A stretch of 63,087 bases of DNA, filler included, from Aduncisulcus paluster (lineage: Eukaryota): NCBI GenBank assembly GCA_024181965.1. It is 30 parts of 30 records of this genome, joined end to end, with 100 filler letters (N's around TTAATTAATTAA, not from the genome) between each part and the next. Parts side by side here need not be neighbours in the genome. Positions count along the whole stretch, not along the records: positions 55,412 to 60,695 come from BQXS01009936.1; positions 60,796 to 63,087 come from BQXS01009937.1; 28 more parts are not named here. One strand, written 5' to 3'. The position numbers and the translations under genes are program-made. Shown here piece after piece: positions 58,401 to 63,087 of the stretch (position 1 is the first letter of the stretch; every line of letters starts with the position of its first letter). The notes under the pieces were generated by a model, which saw nothing but the letters and a program-made list of their open reading frames with translations, searched no databases and was not told where the DNA came from.

Positions 58401-60423
58401 TGGACCAGAATTTGATTCCCCATTCATGTTCTTCCTTCTTTATAACTGTAAACCACACATCAAGAAGATCCTTAACATTATCATAGATTTCAACAGCATG
58501 TGATGGAACATAACATAAGTGGGAGAAGAATACTAAAACCCATTCATGCCCATCCTCAACAATCTTATCCCCAACAAACTCTCTCTTAACAACATCAAGA
58601 ACAGGGTGGAAGAGAGGCCAAGCTTCAGAACAGATGGATTTGTTGGGGGTTGAATCATCACTTGAGAGGGTGATTTTTGAAAGAATAAACATCCATTGTC
58701 CATAACACTCACTATCATTGTATATCCTCAACCAATCTCTGATATATGGTTTGATGAGGGTGAGAATAGAGGATCGAGTGGAAGAAGAGGGAGAATTAGA
58801 GATGTTACACATAGTATTTAATAATTTAAGAGCAACATCACCTCCCAACTTCTCCTTACTTCCTCTCTCAAGAATATGTTGGAAAGTGGGGGAGATCTTT
58901 GGAAGGAAGGAATCCCATTTATCTTGAAATAAACCAGAATAATTGATACAAATCCCACAATACTTTTCATCAACATCTCCTTCCAACACTTCCTCACATC
59001 TTGATAGATGATCAATGAAAGTGTCAATGAGATCATTCAGATCAGGAATAGGGAGATAGATAGCATTTCCAGAAATAGAGTGTTGTACAAACCATTGTAA
59101 ACACTGAGCACAAAGAACAATCTCTCTCTTGTGCTCTTTAATCTCACTCTTTGATTGGAATGTAAGGAAGACAGAAAGAATCTCATCTCGATGGTTATGG
59201 TAGAGTTTGGAAGTGGATGCTGAGTCAGGGCATTTCTTGATAGATTCAACCAATTTTGACCATTTTTTCAGAGAAGGATAACAATTAATAAGATATCTTG
59301 TATAATCTCCACTCCAACCCCCATTATCCTTGCACCATTCCATGTTGGTATCATATTTAGGAGATATGTGAGGAACAAGAGATGGAACAGTGGAGAGCAT
59401 GGAAATGAGTCTGAACGAGTATTTGATTCCCCGATTACCATCACCTTTCCCTTCTTCACTCTTCTTCTTTATCATCTCAAACCAACCATCAAGAAGACCA
59501 TCTTTAATACAATCATGCACTTCAACAGCTTGGGAAGGAATACAACTCAAGTTAGCAAAGAACAATAAACAACGAATTACAGCAGCATCATCAAATGTAA
59601 TACCTTTGGAAGCAGTATCCTTAATCACATCCAAGACAGGATGGAAGACAAACCAGAGTTGTGAGGAACGATCTTTATGAGGACCGGTGTTATCTTTATC
59701 ATTCGTGATATTCTTCAAGATATTTGTCCACAAGAAAAAGAACTTCTTGTCAGGATACTTCTTCATCCAAGGTAAGATGTGAGGGAGAAGAAGGGATAAA
59801 AGAGAGTTCTTGGTGGGATCATCATCGGCAAATGCAATATTTCTGCATGTTTGTAGGATGTCCTCAATAAAAGAATCTTCAAATTTCTTGGATAGGCCAA
59901 GAATAAACATCTTGGAGAGGAGGGAAGAAATTTGGGGCAAAATGGTTGGAGAAAGCAATAATTCAGTCATTTCAACACATGTCGCAATACCAATTATCCT
60001 AAATAATAACATTGTAATGGAATTCACTCCAACATCATCAGTTCCAATTCCACCTTCTTCCTCCTCCTCTTCTTCTTCTTCTTTCACTCTCAGAATATTT
60101 TCAACTCGGATCATTGAAGGCAAGAAAATGTCATTAATGTTATTGATGGAATATCTATCCAGAATAACCTCAATATCATCCTCATCTTCCTTCAAAGTCC
60201 CATCTCCTTTTGTAACTTTATGCTTCACGAACAAGGACAAACATTCGAAACAAAGCTCAAAGAGATCTATATTGGATGTGATAGCAGAGGGTGAAGAAGA
60301 AGCGAATTCATCAAAGATAGCCTTGAGACGAGGATATGATTCTTTGTAAAGGGATGTGATGGCAGGTTGAGACTCAGTTCTTTTGATTGACATAATCAAG
60401 GACTTTAATTCCGATTCTTTCAT
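55412..60423 (-). CDS. Very large eukaryote-like helical repeat protein with ~350-aa units (3' truncated)
   Basis: Uninterrupted >1670-codon ORF; KKWS anchor recurs at 1053, 1020 and 1056 nt spacing; poly-Glu tract. Confidence 0.85.
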
Positions 60424-60658
60424 CTTTACAGCATCTGTTTTGAGTTCTTCTCTCTTCTTCTTTCACTCTCAGAATATTTTCAACTCGGATCATTGAAGGC
60501 AAGAAAATGTCATTAATGTTATTGATGGAATATCTATCCAGAATAACCTCAATATCATCCTCATCTTCCTTCAAAGTCCCATCTCCTTTTGTAACTTTAT
60601 GCTTCACGAACAAGGACAAACATTCGAAACAAAGCTCAAAGAGATCTATATTGGATGT
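60074..60658. repeat. 206-bp direct duplication (60074-60279 and 60453-60658)
   Basis: Identical sequence at 379-nt offset near the contig end. Confidence 0.85.
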
Positions 60659-60795
60659 TCTTCTTCAATCCTCCTCTTCTCTTCTTCAAGCTTCANNNNN
60701 NNNNNNNNNNNNNNNNNNNNNNNNNNNNNNNNNNNNNNNTTAATTAATTAANNNNNNNNNNNNNNNNNNNNNNNNNNNNNNNNNNNNNNNNNNNN

Positions 60796-61262
60796 AGAAA
60801 GAAATGGAAAGAAAGTTGCGCGAAAGAGAGGTTCGTGAACGTGAAATTAGAAGAGTCGAGAGGGAGAGGGCAGCGATGCAAGCACAGAAAGATCGTGATG
60901 AAGAGGAGAAATACCAGCTCTGGAAAAGGGAACAAGAACTCAAAGAAATGCAGAAGAAAAGAGAAGAATTGGACAGACTTGAGAAAGAAGCTGAGCTTAG
61001 AAGTCACCAACAGAAGAGTTCCGAGCGAAAACAATATGCTTCCAGTTTTGCAGTCACACCAACCCCACCAAGAAGATCTGGTTGGGATGAAGATTATTCA
61101 GCGCACAGTGGTGTTGCGAGTTCAAAAGCCCCTTCAAAGGAGAAGGAAATGACCAATCATGTTCTTTATGCGATGCTTAATTTGTTAAATGCTCTTGATA
61201 AAGATAGTTTGGAAATAATCGGATCTGAAGTAGCAATCAGATTAAAGAGTAAAAAATTGTAA
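60796..61262 (+). CDS. Hypothetical charged coiled-coil protein C-terminus (5' truncated)
   Basis: E/R/K-rich ORF followed by a Ser/Pro linker and short helical tail. Confidence 0.6.
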
Positions 61263-61266
61263 TAAT

Positions 61267-61800
61267 TGATCTCAGTTGAGATCATCAACGTAGTTTATAG
61301 TTTATATATTTAAGTCGTAAATAATGTTATGCTGTTCATGTACTATAACCGGTTGTTACCGGCATGTACCGGCTAATGCAAACCATGAGTTTGAGTAACT
61401 CAAATTGAGTCCCTGTATTGACGATATAACCAGTGGAATTTATTAAGGAGGTCTATCTTTCCAAACTCTGCTAGGAGAAAAATAAAGCGTGCCATGTAAT
61501 GGACACAGGTCCATATTGCAGGGAAAAGGGCCGGTCAGGCACCTGATCACCTGCAGGGACGTTTACGCAGGTAAACGATCCACTGAATAATTCTTATAGT
61601 AAATTTTGCTTCGCTTTAGAATATTTTTATTTCATTTCGAGGTCCTGCAGCTATTTCAAATAGCTGAAGTTCAGCCACGCTAAATCAGTGATTTAGGAAC
61701 TTCCTATCGTTGAACTAGGTAACCGGTACAGCCGGGGTGAATGCCGGTTGCCATCACATCACTTGAATGCCAGTAGATTTGGATATCCAGTGGATATCCA
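61267..61800. repeat. Cluster of short perfect palindromes, several overlapping
   Basis: e.g. TGATCTCA-GT-TGAGATCA, TTTGAGT-A-ACTCAAA, CAGCTATTT-C-AAATAGCTG, CTAAATCA-G-TGATTTAG, TGGATATCCA-G-TGGATATCCA. Confidence 0.8.
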
Positions 61801-62517
61801 TATATGATATAGCATAAAAGTTAAGACATTGAAAAAGAAAATAAATAAATTATATTGATGACCAAATGCATATCTCAGAATATTTCCAAGTCAATAAATA
61901 TGTTCATCGAAAGAATTCTTGATGGAAGTAAATAAAAATAATGCAAGACAATTTGATTGAAAAATAAAATAATTTAATTTCATATATATTAAAAATATAT
62001 ATAATATATCCATAATCATTTCAAATGTCTTAAAATTCCTTCTTTAAGAGAGCCAGCAACTTTATGAATTCGATATGTTCCATCACATCCTTTCAATTCG
62101 TGAGGAATCTCTTTGAAAAATGCTTTAATAGTTNNNNNNNNNNNNNNNNNNNNTTTCATGTAGTCCCTATCCAGTGGATATCCATATATGATATAGCATA
62201 AAAGTTAAGACATTGAAAAAGAAAATAAATAAATTATATTGATGACCAAATGCATATCTCAGAATATTTCCAAGTCAATAAATATGTTCATCGAAAGAAT
62301 TCTTGATGGAAGTAAATAAAAATAATACAAGACAATTTGATTGAAAAATAAAATAATTTAATTTCATATATATTAAAAATATATATAATATATCCATAAT
62401 CATTTCAAATGTCTTAAAATTCCTTCTTTAAGAGAGCCAGCAACTTTATGAATTCGATATGTTCCATCACATCCTTTCAATTCGTGAGGAATCTCTTTGA
62501 AAAATGCTTTAATAGTT
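61784..62517. repeat. 350-bp direct repeat flanking an N gap (61784-62133 and 62168-62517), one mismatch
   Basis: 384-nt offset; G at 61943 versus A at 62327. Confidence 0.9.
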
Positions 62518-63087
62518 TGACTTGTCACAACATCGGGTGCGGAACAAGAAGAAGAAGAAGGAAGTAAAGATCCACTCGACGGTGCATGTTGTTGTTTGCC
62601 GGCCTTGATTGAACTTTCAGTCATTGAATCCACACTAGACGGAGCTAATACCCCTGAAGAGTCTTTTCTTTCAATAGATCCGTCTTCTCCGTGCCTTCGA
62701 CTGGAGAGAGAGTGAGAAGGAGTCTTTTGTATCCATAAATCCCGATTCCAATCCTTCAAAAGATCACATTTGTTTAGAAATACAACGACACTAACCTTCT
62801 TTACATGCATTTCTTTCTTTGTAAATGAAACGATTGGCCATACGTAACCTCTCTTGGGATGAAATATTAGGGTAGAAATATGATCAGGCGTAATAATAGA
62901 TTTTGGGGGGATTTTGAGAATCCTCGCGGCAATATCATGTCTATACACTCTATCTTCAGACAATCTGGCACCCAGGGCATCGACTCCGACCATACAGACA
63001 AAACAAGATTTGTATTTCTTGGAGGATTGTGATTGATACTGGTATGAGAAGGAATGAGGAAATTTCGTAGGAATAACGGGATCTCTA
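62400..63087 (-). CDS. YqeC-like (selenium cofactor accessory) protein, C-terminal part with Ser-rich insertions (5' end beyond window)
   Basis: Frame open to the window end: RDPVIP...VGVDALGARLSEDRVYR...IITPDHISTLIFHPKRG...VVFLNKCD...AGSLKEG. Confidence 0.6.
   Translation of the reverse strand, partial: RDPVIPTKFPHSFSYQYQSQSSKKYKSCFVCMVGVDALGARLSEDRVYRHDIAARILKIPPKSIITPDHISTLIFHPKRGYVWPIVSFTKKEMHVKKVSVVVFLNKCDLLKDWNRDLWIQKTPSHSLSSRRHGEDGSIERKDSSGVLAPSSVDSMTESSIKAGKQQHAPSSGSLLPSSSSCSAPDVVTSQTIKAFFKEIPHELKGCDGTYRIHKVAGSLKEGILRHLK

Noticed and set aside
60453-60658. 206-bp duplication upstream of the repeat-protein gene as a separate small gene (81-aa ORF)
   Set aside because: Exact copy of coding sequence at a contig end, bounded by low-complexity TCT tracts; probable assembly artefact.

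Overview
This window is not one locus. It is 30 short contigs joined by 29 identical artificial 100-nt spacers (N44-TTAATTAATTAA-N44), so most genes are truncated and adjacency across spacers means nothing. At least six sources are apparent. (i) 19 AT-rich Campylobacterota (Arcobacteraceae-like) contigs carry housekeeping genes and a complete 16S-tRNA(Ala)-23S-5S operon. (ii) Three GC-rich mycobacterial-type contigs carry a Tox-REase-5/Imm52-like toxin-immunity pair, a prophage-type Zn/HTH gene, and glnE with a hemophore-like gene. (iii) Two GC-rich phage contigs hold a podovirus-like virion module with a large polyvalent protein, and a primase-helicase with an origin-like region. (iv) One other moderately GC-rich bacterial fragment. 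(v) Two Bacteroidota-like fragments. (vi) Three eukaryote-like contigs carry an LTR-retrotransposon gag-protease, a >1670-aa protein built of ~350-aa repeats, and a YqeC-like gene next to a chain of interlocking palindromes. The mixture looks like a protist culture assembly with co-sequenced bacteria and phage (inference). The best novelty candidates are the YqeC-like selenium-cofactor gene in a eukaryote-like context, the palindrome chain, the phage ejection/polyvalent module, a GluRS paralog lacking the HIGH motif, and a secreted rhodanese coupled to a membrane sensor. All family calls come from motif recognition by eye; no searches were run.
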